This document shows positions 25,531 through 36,986 of a stretch of 36,986 bases of DNA, piece after piece. Location: NCBI GenBank assembly GCA_003231795.1, contig QIJI01000050.1, positions 1-36,986 of the forward strand, read 5' to 3'. The number at the start of each line of letters is the position of its first letter. Position 1 is the first letter of the stretch. This DNA comes from Gammaproteobacteria bacterium. Its GTDB lineage: Bacteria; Pseudomonadota; Gammaproteobacteria; GCA-001735895. The position numbers and the translations under genes are program-made. A model generated the notes under the pieces. That model saw only the letters and a list, made by a program, of their open reading frames with translations, ran no database searches and was not told the origin of the DNA.

Positions 25531-25572
25531 AAAAAGCAAGATGACAATAAACACTATAAGTTAGATATATAA

Positions 25573-26670
25573 ATGAAAACTATTATTAAACGTGAAGATA
25601 TATTAGGCCCCTTGCAGCAAGTAATCGGTGCCGTTGAACGCAGACAAACTTTGCCCATATTGGGAAATGTCTTGTTTAAGTCTACGGGTGGTGACTTATC
25701 TCTTACCGCAACGGATCTGGAAATTGAAATGGTGGCCCGGGTTTCGGCTGAACCCGGAGAAGACTTTCAAACAACAATACCTGCACGCAAGTTGTTGGAT
25801 ATTTGTAAAGCTTTGCCCGAATCATCCGAGATTACGTTTAGCATCGAAGAAAACAAGGTTGTATTGACTTCGGCAAGGAGTCGGTTCTCGCTGGCTTCTT
25901 TACCTGCACGTGATTTTCCGGGGCTGGATGAAATTGAAGCTCAGGGTTCTTTTTCAATTCCGCAGAATCGGTTTAAAAATCTGTTCGACATGACTTCTTT
26001 TGCGATGGCGCAACAGGACGTTCGCTATTATCTAAATGGCATTTTGATGGAGCTTAGCAGCAGCAAGATTAAGCTGGTGGCGACCGATGGACACCGTTTG
26101 GCATTGAGTGAATTTGAATCTGAAACGGGGGCCGAAGAAAAACAGGTCATTATCCCGCGTAAGGCCGTACTCGAGCTTTCGCGATTGCTCGATAGTAGCG
26201 ATAATCCGGCCAGTTGCACGATGAGTCAGAATCATTTCCGGGTTGAAACGGGGTCACTGGTATTTACCACTAAATTGATTGACGGTAAGTTTCCGGATTA
26301 TCAACGCGTTATTCCCGTTGATGGCAACAAGACCATGGAAGTCAGCCGCGAAACGTTAAAACAGTCGATGAGCCGTATTGCGATTTTATCGAATGAGAAA
26401 TATCGAGGAATTCGATTAACGTTATCCAGCGGTAATCTTTCGATTCAGGCGAACAATCCCGACCAGGAAGAAGCCGAGGAAGAGTTACAGGTTAGTTATG
26501 ATGAAACTGAGGTGGAAATCGGTTTCAACGTTACTTATCTGATTGACGTGTTGAATGTACTTGAATCAGACAAGGTTCAAATCAAGCTCAAAGACTCTAA
26601 TAGCAGCTGTATTATCAGTGATAGTGAAGATAGCTCCAGCCTTTACGTTGTCATGCCAATGCGGTTGTAG
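25573..26670 (+). CDS. dnaN: DNA polymerase III beta sliding clamp
   Basis: 365 aa. It reads ...LQQVIGAVERRQTLPILGNVLF...LTATDLEIEM...ATDGHRLA...KLIDGKFPDYQRVIP...MPMRL, the canonical DnaN end. Confidence 0.97.
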   Translation: MKTIIKREDILGPLQQVIGAVERRQTLPILGNVLFKSTGGDLSLTATDLEIEMVARVSAEPGEDFQTTIPARKLLDICKALPESSEITFSIEENKVVLTSARSRFSLASLPARDFPGLDEIEAQGSFSIPQNRFKNLFDMTSFAMAQQDVRYYLNGILMELSSSKIKLVATDGHRLALSEFESETGAEEKQVIIPRKAVLELSRLLDSSDNPASCTMSQNHFRVETGSLVFTTKLIDGKFPDYQRVIPVDGNKTMEVSRETLKQSMSRIAILSNEKYRGIRLTLSSGNLSIQANNPDQEEAEEELQVSYDETEVEIGFNVTYLIDVLNVLESDKVQIKLKDSNSSCIISDSEDSSSLYVVMPMRL

Positions 26671-26687
26671 GGCTACCTGGGCTTGCT

Positions 26688-30172
<3,485 letters not shown>

Positions 30173-30249
30173 TACCGATCGGTTAACTCCTTGATTTTAT
30201 TGATATAATTCTTATATAAAGCGAGCTGATTTTATACAGGAACAACGCA

Positions 30250-30825
30250 ATGGACATTACGAGCATAATTTTCTGGGGCCTGCTGGCCGTATTGTTGATT
30301 TACGTTGTCAGCATTTACAACCAGCTGGTTCGTATCAAACATAATGTTTCAAAAGCCTGGTCGAATATCGATGTGTTACTGAAACAACGCCACGACGAGA
30401 TCCCCAAACTGGTTGAGACCTGCAAACAATACATGAAGTTTGAACAGGACACGCTGGAAAAGGTCATGCAGGCCAGATCACAGGTTTCCGAGGCCCGGCA
30501 GAACCAGGATGTCACGGGGCTTGGCATGGCTGAAGGTGCGCTGCGGATGGGTCTGGGTCAGCTTTTTGCTTTGGCTGAAGATTATCCGGAGTTGCGCGCA
30601 AATGAAAACTTTCAGCACCTGCAAAGCCGCATCAGCACGCTTGAGAATACCATTGCCGATCGGCGAGAATTTTATAATGAATCGGCCAATATTAATAATA
30701 TCGGCATTGAACAATTTCCGGATGCAATAGTGGCCCGCCTTTTTAGGTTCGGCGCTCGTGACTTACTTGAATTCGAAGCCAGCGAAGTGGCCGATGTCGG
30801 CGTAAAAGAACTGTTCGAAAGCTGA
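30250..30825 (+). CDS. lemA: LemA family membrane protein
   Basis: 191 aa. An N-terminal TM helix is followed by YNQLVRIKHNVSKAWSNIDVLLKQRHDEIPKLVE...YPELRANENFQHLQ...ENTIADRREFYNESANINN, the typical LemA pattern. Confidence 0.85.
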   Translation: MDITSIIFWGLLAVLLIYVVSIYNQLVRIKHNVSKAWSNIDVLLKQRHDEIPKLVETCKQYMKFEQDTLEKVMQARSQVSEARQNQDVTGLGMAEGALRMGLGQLFALAEDYPELRANENFQHLQSRISTLENTIADRREFYNESANINNIGIEQFPDAIVARLFRFGARDLLEFEASEVADVGVKELFES

Positions 30826-30868
30826 TTCGCACTGTATCCATCAATCCCTGGTTGTTCGGCCACTAGTA

Positions 30869-31807
30869 ATGTTCGCCCTGCTCGAGTCTGAAATTCTGCT
30901 ACTGCCCGGGTCGGACTATCTTTTCCTGTTCGTGGTGTTACTGCTGTTTTTCCTGGGTCTGATCTTTTTCGCCTACTACGCTTTCAAACGACTTCGGTTT
31001 ATGCAAGGCACCGCAACTTCCAGAATTCGGTCGGCGGCACAGGGACATGTAGAATTAAAAGGTCTGGCCGAATGGCTGCCTGAAGACTCATTTACCTCCC
31101 CATTCAGCGGCAGCCGATGCATCTGGTATCACTGTACTGTTGATAAAAAAAGTAGAACTGGCAAACGTATCAGCTGGACCAATATTTCAGATGAATGTAG
31201 CGAACAGCTTTTTCGGCTGGTCGATGAAACCGGGGACTGCGCGGTCGATCCGGACGATGCTCATGTTATTCCGGAAACCGATGTAACCTGGTATGGCGGT
31301 AGTACAGAAGCGCGAACGCGGCCATCCGGATCAAATCGGTGGCTGTCCGTGATTAGTTTCGGCGGCTACCGTTTTCGCGAGCGACTAATCAGGCCAGCAA
31401 CGCCTTTGTATGCACTGGGCTGGTTTCGGACCCTGCACGGCAACCCATCTGATGAATTCATTTCTCGACAGGTTGAAGATCTGGTTAAACAGTGGAAGTT
31501 ACAGCCCGAAAGATATCTAAGGGATTTCGATCTTGATCAAAATCTTCGTCTTGAAAAGGATGAATGGAAGACCGTTCGAGCTGCCGCACGCAAACAGGCA
31601 CTGGCAAAAATTAATCGCGAATACCGTGCCCAGCATGTATTGTCGTGTCCGCCGGATAAAAACCAGCCGTTTATTTTATCAGCGCTGGAAGAGGAATCTC
31701 TGGTGGCACGCAAAAAGTGGAAAGCCTATCTTTCGATGGGGTTCGCTTTTATGATATTTGTGAGTCTTGTGATTATGTTTGCAATACGCCAGCCGACTTC
31801 ATTTTGA
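30869..31807 (+). CDS. Membrane protein, GIDE-like (PF12483 'E3 ubiquitin ligase' family) candidate
   Basis: 312 aa with N- and C-terminal TM helices. GHVELKGLAEW...TSPFSGSRCIWYHCTV resembles the bacterial GIDE-domain signature as I recall it. It lies 43 bp downstream of lemA, a pairing I recall as recurrent. The family call was not verified by search. Confidence 0.55.
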   Translation: MFALLESEILLLPGSDYLFLFVVLLLFFLGLIFFAYYAFKRLRFMQGTATSRIRSAAQGHVELKGLAEWLPEDSFTSPFSGSRCIWYHCTVDKKSRTGKRISWTNISDECSEQLFRLVDETGDCAVDPDDAHVIPETDVTWYGGSTEARTRPSGSNRWLSVISFGGYRFRERLIRPATPLYALGWFRTLHGNPSDEFISRQVEDLVKQWKLQPERYLRDFDLDQNLRLEKDEWKTVRAAARKQALAKINREYRAQHVLSCPPDKNQPFILSALEEESLVARKKWKAYLSMGFAFMIFVSLVIMFAIRQPTSF

Positions 31808-31882
31808 TAAAGCAGCGATGAGAACCATGCATAATTTTTGCCGCGTTATGACGATGCGTTTTATTCAATCAGAGAAACTACT

Positions 31883-33928
31883 TTGACCAACCCATTACTC
31901 GAGTCCGGCGCGCTGCCGGCGTTTAGCAAAATCACCCCCGAAATGGTTCAGCCTGCAATAGAAAGTCTGATTCAGGATAATCGCGAGCAAGTACAGCTTT
32001 TAACCCGGCAAACTAACGTCGATTGGGACAACCTGGTGAAGCCCCTGTCTTTGATGAGCGATCGATTGAGCAAAGCCTGGTCGCCGGTACGCCACCTCAA
32101 CTCGGTCAAAAGCAGTGATGCGCTGCGCGATGCCTATAATGCTTGCCTGCCAATTCTGAGCGAGTATTCGACCGAAATTAGCCAGAATCGCGACCTTTTC
32201 GATGCCTACAAACGGATAACAGACTCAAGCCAGTTTGATAGTTTTGATGGGGCACAGAGGAAAGCACTAGAAGACAGCTTGCTGCATTTTCGACTCGGAG
32301 GTGTTGAACTCGAAGGGCAGGACCGGGAGCGCTACCAGCAACTACAAAAAGATCTGTCTCAATTGCAATCGAAGTTTGAAAATAATTTACTCGATGCCGG
32401 GCAGGCCTGGCAGTATTGCACGGAGGACGAGTCGCAACTGCGGGGCCTGCCCGAATCTGCGCGGGCATTGTTGTGCCAACTAGCGCAACAGAAAGCGCTT
32501 GCGGGTTATCGGGTGACTTTGGATATGCCTTGTTACCTCGCCGTCATCACCTATGCGGACAATCGTGATCTTAGAAAAATGATCTATGAGGCCTATGTTA
32601 CGCGTGCGTCTGATCGGGGTATTACCGACAAGATCTGGGATAACGCTCCCTACATGCAAGAAATTGTAGCTAAAAGACACGTAAAAGCAAAATTACTTGG
32701 ATTTGAAAATTATGCTGAGTACTCACTACAAACCAAGATGGCTGACAGTGTCGACGAAGTCGTCGAATTTCTACAGGACCTGGCAACACGCTCCCGCCAA
32801 ACGGCCCTGGATGAACTCCAGGAAACACAGCTCTTTGCCAAATCACTGGGGTTTGAGTCCGAGCTCGAAGCCTGGGATTATCCCTATTACAGCGAAAAAT
32901 TGAAACAGCACCGTTATCAAATTTCAGATGAAGATTTGAAACCTTATTTTTCAGACCAGCAGGTGATCAGCGGTCTGTTTGACCTGGTCAGCCGTCTTTA
33001 TCGGGTCAGTATTTCAAGTTTGGAATCAATTGATTGCTGGCATGAATCTGTCGGTTTTTACCAGATTAAAGATACAAAGGGTGATGTTATAGGGCAGTTT
33101 TACCTCGATTTATACGCGCGAGAAAATAAACGCGGCGGTGCCTGGATGGATGGATGTGTCGATCGCTACCACATCGATGGCGTTACCCAGATTCCAGTTG
33201 CTTACCTGACCTGTAATTTGACGCCGCCGATCGGAGACGATGCAGCGCTGTTTACGCATGACGAGGTTATCACTTTGTTTCATGAGTTCGGCCATGGCTT
33301 GCACCATATGCTGACGCGAATCGATGTTCCGGAGGTCTCGGGTATTAACGGTGTAGAATGGGATGCGGTTGAATTGCCGAGTCAATTCATGGAAAACTTC
33401 TGTTGGGAGAAGGAGGCTCTACAACTGTTTGCGCGCCATTATCAAACTGGAGAAGCATTACCGGATCATCTTTTTCAGCGCATGATGGAAGCCAGGAATT
33501 TTCAGAGTGCTTTGCAAATGCTGCGCCAGCTGGAATTTTCGCTGTTCGATATTCGACTTCATCAACAGCCGGATATTGAGTCGGCCGAACAAATTCAGCA
33601 AATTCTGGATCAGGTGCGTAACGATGTAGCGGTGATAAAAACGCCTGCAATCAATCGCTTTCAGAACGGCTTTTCACATATTTTTGCAGGAGGATATGCC
33701 GCAGGGTATTATAGCTACAAATGGGCGGAAGTCTTATCCGCCGATGCCTTCGCCGCATTTGAAGAAGAAGGAATATTCAACCCTGAAACCGGGAATAGAT
33801 TTTTGCAGTGTGTGCTTGAAAAAGGTGGGTCGCGACCGGCGATGGAGTCGTTCCGTTGTTTCCGTGGTCGCGAGCCTGAAATAGATGCCCTGCTGCGCCA
33901 TAGTGGAATTAAACCGGACCATTCATAA
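31883..33928 (+). CDS. prlC: Oligopeptidase A (M3 zinc metallopeptidase)
   Basis: It is colinear with E. coli PrlC throughout, including YLDLYARENKRGGAWMD, the zinc site FHEFGHGLHHMLT and FAGGYAAGYYSY. The in-frame starts are TTG 31838 (track) and TTG 31883. The latter gives M-TNPLLESG..., matching E. coli MTNPLL. The last four codons and the stop (PDHS*) lie inside the repeat element at 33912-34076. Confidence 0.93.
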   Translation: MTNPLLESGALPAFSKITPEMVQPAIESLIQDNREQVQLLTRQTNVDWDNLVKPLSLMSDRLSKAWSPVRHLNSVKSSDALRDAYNACLPILSEYSTEISQNRDLFDAYKRITDSSQFDSFDGAQRKALEDSLLHFRLGGVELEGQDRERYQQLQKDLSQLQSKFENNLLDAGQAWQYCTEDESQLRGLPESARALLCQLAQQKALAGYRVTLDMPCYLAVITYADNRDLRKMIYEAYVTRASDRGITDKIWDNAPYMQEIVAKRHVKAKLLGFENYAEYSLQTKMADSVDEVVEFLQDLATRSRQTALDELQETQLFAKSLGFESELEAWDYPYYSEKLKQHRYQISDEDLKPYFSDQQVISGLFDLVSRLYRVSISSLESIDCWHESVGFYQIKDTKGDVIGQFYLDLYARENKRGGAWMDGCVDRYHIDGVTQIPVAYLTCNLTPPIGDDAALFTHDEVITLFHEFGHGLHHMLTRIDVPEVSGINGVEWDAVELPSQFMENFCWEKEALQLFARHYQTGEALPDHLFQRMMEARNFQSALQMLRQLEFSLFDIRLHQQPDIESAEQIQQILDQVRNDVAVIKTPAINRFQNGFSHIFAGGYAAGYYSYKWAEVLSADAFAAFEEEGIFNPETGNRFLQCVLEKGGSRPAMESFRCFRGREPEIDALLRHSGIKPDHS

Positions 33929-34076
33929 GCTGCCGTGATGACGTTGTGATGAATGGGCTTTTATTGGGAATTGTCCGATTGAGCACCGGACTTATTGATC
34001 GGGTGGATTGACGATGATTCCCTGTAAAACAAAAGTACAAACTAAGGGCTTGCGTATGTTTATAAATGGCTCGGGT
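33912..34076 (-). mobile_element. MITE-like palindromic repeat element, copy B (inverted relative to copy A, TA-flanked)
   Basis: Its reverse complement aligns end to end with 14549-14711. One example is gttttacagggaatcatcgtcaatccacccgatcaataagtccggtgctcaatcggacaattccc against gttttacagaaaattatcctcaatcgaccggatcaataagtccggcgctcaatcggataattccc. TA lies at 33910-11 and 34077-78. Confidence 0.65.
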
Positions 34077-34086
34077 TAACAAATAA

Positions 34087-34767
34087 ATGTTAAAGAATAT
34101 TATTTTAGCGATAGCACTGGTAGTGCAAACCGGCTCGGTTCTGGCACAGGAAATTGATGCCGATAATCGGGATCGACAGTACGTGACCGACCAGCTACGG
34201 CTGTCACTGTATGCGCAGCCAGACGAGTCAAGCCAAACTTTGAGATATCTATCATCGGGTGACCTGTTACTGATCGAAGAACTATCTGGCGCTTATGCCC
34301 TGGTGACAGCACCCGATGAGACCAAAGGCTGGGTCAAACGAGGTTTTCTGGTAACCCGTCCCACCTCAAATCTATTGTTGAAGCAAGAGCAAGGCAAGGT
34401 TAAAAACCTGGAATTAGAAATCGCCAAGTTGAGTAACAGCAAAATAGTGATCGATCAGTACGAGAAAGATATGGATGGTCTCGTTGTAAAAATGGAAGCG
34501 CTCGAAGATGAAAACCTGCAGGCCGCTGAATCAATCGCGCAACTGCAGCGGGAAATGAGTGATCGGGAACGCGAACTGGAACAGAAAATGGAACTGGAAA
34601 ATGAAAACAAATTTCCAACTCTGATCGTATTGTGGCAAGTTCTTCAGGCTTACTGGCAGGCTATAGTGCCGATTATCATCGGCATCATATTGCTCAGTTT
34701 TCTGGTGAGTAAGGTCATTGTCGAAACGCGTATTAAAAGTAAATTCCACGGCATCAAGATCTGGTAA
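34087..34767 (+). CDS. SH3 domain protein with coiled coil and C-terminal membrane anchor (YgiM / TIGR04211-like)
   Basis: 226 aa. It has a signal peptide (MLKNIILAIALVVQTGSVLAQ), an SH3-like segment (YVTDQLRLSLYAQPDESSQTLRYLSSGDLLLIEE...GWVKRGFL), a coiled coil rich in E/K/L and a C-terminal TM helix (IVPIIIGIILLSFLV). This is the same layout as E. coli YgiM. Confidence 0.72.
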   Translation: MLKNIILAIALVVQTGSVLAQEIDADNRDRQYVTDQLRLSLYAQPDESSQTLRYLSSGDLLLIEELSGAYALVTAPDETKGWVKRGFLVTRPTSNLLLKQEQGKVKNLELEIAKLSNSKIVIDQYEKDMDGLVVKMEALEDENLQAAESIAQLQREMSDRERELEQKMELENENKFPTLIVLWQVLQAYWQAIVPIIIGIILLSFLVSKVIVETRIKSKFHGIKIW

Positions 34768-36234
34768 ATGAAATACAGGGATCTGCGAGATTTCATCGAC
34801 CAGCTGGAGAAGCAGGGAGACCTAAAAAGGATTACTCAACGAGTTGACCCGAATCTGGAAATTACAGAAGTTGCGTCGCGAGTTTTGCGAAAACAGGGAC
34901 CGGCGTTACTTTTCGAGCAGCCTGGCGATAGTAAAATCCCCCTTTTGGCGAACTTGTTTGGTACCGAGCAGCGGGTTGCTCGTGCAATGGGTGAAGAGCA
35001 GGTTAGTGCGTTACGTGATATCGGTAAACTGCTGGCTTTTCTAAAGCAGCCGGAACCGCCAAAGGGTTTCAAAGAGGCGTTGAAAACCCTGCCGATATAC
35101 AAAAAAATCCTCGACATGTCGCCAAAATCGGTAAAAAACCCGAAATGCCAACAAATTCAACTAACTGCCGGTCAAGTTGATCTAACCCTGCTTCCAATCC
35201 AGACTTGCTGGCCCGGCGATGTTGCACCACTGATTACCTGGGGCCTTGTCACCACTCGGGGACCTAACAAACAACGACAGAATCTCGGAATTTACCGACA
35301 ACAATTGATTGCGTCTAACCGATTAATCATGCGCTGGTTGCCGCAGCGTGGAGGCGCTCTCGATTACCAGGAATGGGTTGAGGCCAATGGTGAGCAGCCG
35401 TTTCCGATTTCGGTCGTACTGGGTTGTGATCCGGCAACTATTCTGGCGGCGGTGACCCCGATACCGGACAGCCTGTCGGAATATGCATTTGCCGGGCTGT
35501 TACGGGGTTCGAAAACAGAAGTTGCCAAATCGCTGCTATCCGACCTTGAAATCCCAGCGCGAGCCGAAATCGTGCTTGAGGGGCATATTTATTCTGGCGA
35601 TGTTGCTGATGAGGGACCTTTTGGTGACCACACCGGCTATTACAACGAAGTTGAGCAGTTTCCCGTGTTCACGGTAGAAGCAATGACGATGCGCGAGAAC
35701 CCGATCTATCACAGCACCTATACCGGACGCCCACCGGATGAACCCTCGGTGCTCGGGTTGGCATTGAATGAAGTATTTATTCCTATCCTGCAGAAACAAT
35801 ACCCCGAAATCGTTGATTTTTATTTGCCGGCCGAAGGTTGTTCTTATCGGGTGGCGATAGTCAGTATGAAAAAACAGTATCCCGGTCACGCCAAACGCGT
35901 GATGATGGGGGTCTGGTCTTTCCTGCGACAGTTCATGTATACCAAGTTTGTAATTGTGGTCGATGACGATATCGATGCTCGCAACTGGGAAGATGTTATC
36001 TGGGCTATTTCGACACGAACCGATCCGGCCCGCGACATAACGCTGATTGAAAATACACCGATCGATTATCTCGACTTTGCGTCTCCGGTGTCGGGGCTTG
36101 GTTCTAAAATGGGGCTCGATGCGACCAACAAGATCGGCCCGGAAACCAGTCGGGAGTGGGGGCGACCAATTGAAATGTCAGATTCGGTGATCGAAAAAGT
36201 CGACGCTCTGTGGCAGCATCTCGACCTCGACTAA
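34768..36234 (+). CDS. ubiD: 4-hydroxy-3-polyprenylbenzoate decarboxylase UbiD
   Basis: 488 aa and near-colinear with E. coli UbiD. Shared segments include [78 protein letters not shown] and [24 protein letters not shown]. Its ATG directly abuts the upstream TAA (TAAATG). Confidence 0.97.
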   Translation: MKYRDLRDFIDQLEKQGDLKRITQRVDPNLEITEVASRVLRKQGPALLFEQPGDSKIPLLANLFGTEQRVARAMGEEQVSALRDIGKLLAFLKQPEPPKGFKEALKTLPIYKKILDMSPKSVKNPKCQQIQLTAGQVDLTLLPIQTCWPGDVAPLITWGLVTTRGPNKQRQNLGIYRQQLIASNRLIMRWLPQRGGALDYQEWVEANGEQPFPISVVLGCDPATILAAVTPIPDSLSEYAFAGLLRGSKTEVAKSLLSDLEIPARAEIVLEGHIYSGDVADEGPFGDHTGYYNEVEQFPVFTVEAMTMRENPIYHSTYTGRPPDEPSVLGLALNEVFIPILQKQYPEIVDFYLPAEGCSYRVAIVSMKKQYPGHAKRVMMGVWSFLRQFMYTKFVIVVDDDIDARNWEDVIWAISTRTDPARDITLIENTPIDYLDFASPVSGLGSKMGLDATNKIGPETSREWGRPIEMSDSVIEKVDALWQHLDLD

Positions 36235-36301
36235 CCCTGGAAATCCCAGTTGAATCTACGGCATTGAATATCAGGTTAAATCTGCCTGTTTTGCACCACC
36301 G

Positions 36302-36313
36302 GTTGAATTCAAC
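36302..36313. promoter_or_regulatory. 12-bp perfect palindrome GTTGAATTCAAC upstream of the parA-like gene (operator candidate)
   Basis: The palindrome lies 39 nt upstream of ATG 36352. Related half-sites aGTTGAATc and aTTGAATa lie at about 36249-36270. Confidence 0.25.
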
Positions 36314-36351
36314 GATAATTCGCGCAGTCAAATCACTTCCGACAGGATGAT

Positions 36352-36986
36352 ATGCGCAAAATAATGGTACTCAACGCCAAAGGCGGCTCGGGCAAAAGTA
36401 CCCTCGCCACCAATATTGCAAGTTATTATGCCTCCCAGGGAAGCCGGGTAATGCTGGTAGATCTCGATCCACAGGGTTCGAGTCTGGACTGGCTCGCACA
36501 CCGGCCGCCGGGGCGCAGCAGGATAACTGGATTTAACGGTGCCGCAGGCAAGCTGCGAGTGCCGCGCAATGCCGACTACGTAATTTATGACACGCCAGCG
36601 GCTATCCATGGCAAAGAGCTGAACTATTACTTGCGTCTTGCACAAAGTATTATCATTCCAGTGTTGCCTTCACCCATCGATATGCGCGCGGCAACCCCGT
36701 TTATCCAGAGGGTACTCAACAACGGGCGCGTGGCCCGCAAGGAAGCCCGTATTGCACTTGTCGCCAATCGCTGCCGCGAAAATTACAACGTTTATCACCA
36801 ACTGGACACTTACTTGCGTAAAGTTCGTAAGGCGCCATTTATTAGTGTTTTGCGAGAGTCGCAAAACTATGTGCGCGCTGCAGAGCGAGGATTGGGTGTA
36901 TTCGAACTCGCGCCTTACTCGGTGCGACGCGATCTTGATCAATGGGATCCGATTATTCGCTGGCTTAAAAGCAAGCGTAGTCAGGC
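36352..36986 (+). CDS. ParA/MinD-family P-loop ATPase (partial, runs off the right edge)
   Basis: It is absent from the ORF track because no stop lies in the window. The frame is open from ATG 36352 to the end: MRKIMVLNAKGGSGKSTLATNIASYYASQGSRVMLVDLDPQGSSLDW...YVIYDTPAA.... It has the deviant Walker A KGGSGKST, the Walker A' DLDPQG and a Walker B-like IYDTP. Confidence 0.85.
   Translation, partial: MRKIMVLNAKGGSGKSTLATNIASYYASQGSRVMLVDLDPQGSSLDWLAHRPPGRSRITGFNGAAGKLRVPRNADYVIYDTPAAIHGKELNYYLRLAQSIIIPVLPSPIDMRAATPFIQRVLNNGRVARKEARIALVANRCRENYNVYHQLDTYLRKVRKAPFISVLRESQNYVRAAERGLGVFELAPYSVRRDLDQWDPIIRWLKSKRSQ

Noticed and set aside
30191-30220. TTGATT-N16-TATATA promoter-like match upstream of lemA
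   Set aside because: It is plausible, but the spacer is very AT-rich, so such matches come cheaply. There is no supporting evidence, so it is not listed as a feature.
36328-36942. Minus-strand ORFs 36328..36645 (105 aa) and 36670..36942 (90 aa)
   Set aside because: They are antisense to the plus-strand ParA-like frame, which carries a textbook KGGSGKST P-loop and stays open to the window end.

Overview
This window is the chromosomal replication-origin neighbourhood of a gammaproteobacterium, and it is almost wholly housekeeping. Gene order is: partial membrane protein; a 2-gene unknown operon; recC-recB-recD; a REC-PP2C-RsbW-like fusion regulator; dsbA; cytochrome c4; engB; polA; thrB (type II); a hypothetical; mnmE; yidC; yidD; rnpA; rpmH; dnaA; dnaN; recF; gyrB; lemA; a GIDE-like membrane protein; prlC; a YgiM-like SH3 protein; ubiD; and a partial ParA-like ATPase. 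The dsbA-cc4-engB-polA-thrB block has the same order as Pseudomonas aeruginosa PA5489-PA5495 (recalled, not searched). Genes left of dnaA lie mostly on the minus strand and genes to its right on the plus strand, as expected around oriC. I found no CRISPR array, tRNA, rRNA, transposase, prophage or recognisable defence island, and I cannot support a new multi-gene system here. The signals that ordinary gene calls do not explain are all small. (1) A ~163-bp palindromic MITE-like element occurs twice in opposite orientation, each copy flanked by TA; one copy supplies the prlC stop codon. (2) A strongly structured ~115-nt candidate sRNA lies in the engB-polA spacer, with a sigmaE/AlgU-type promoter and an intrinsic terminator. 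This is the position of Spot 42 in E. coli and ErsA in Pseudomonas. (3) The unusually long, AT-rich dnaA-dnaN spacer carries a cluster of DnaA boxes plus TAG-TAA-TAG triplets. (4) A 13-bp x3 tandem repeat at the recB/recD junction creates a 9-codon bridging mini-ORF. (5) A 27-bp-stem palindrome lies 3' of polA. All product calls come from motif and family recognition by eye; no searches were run.
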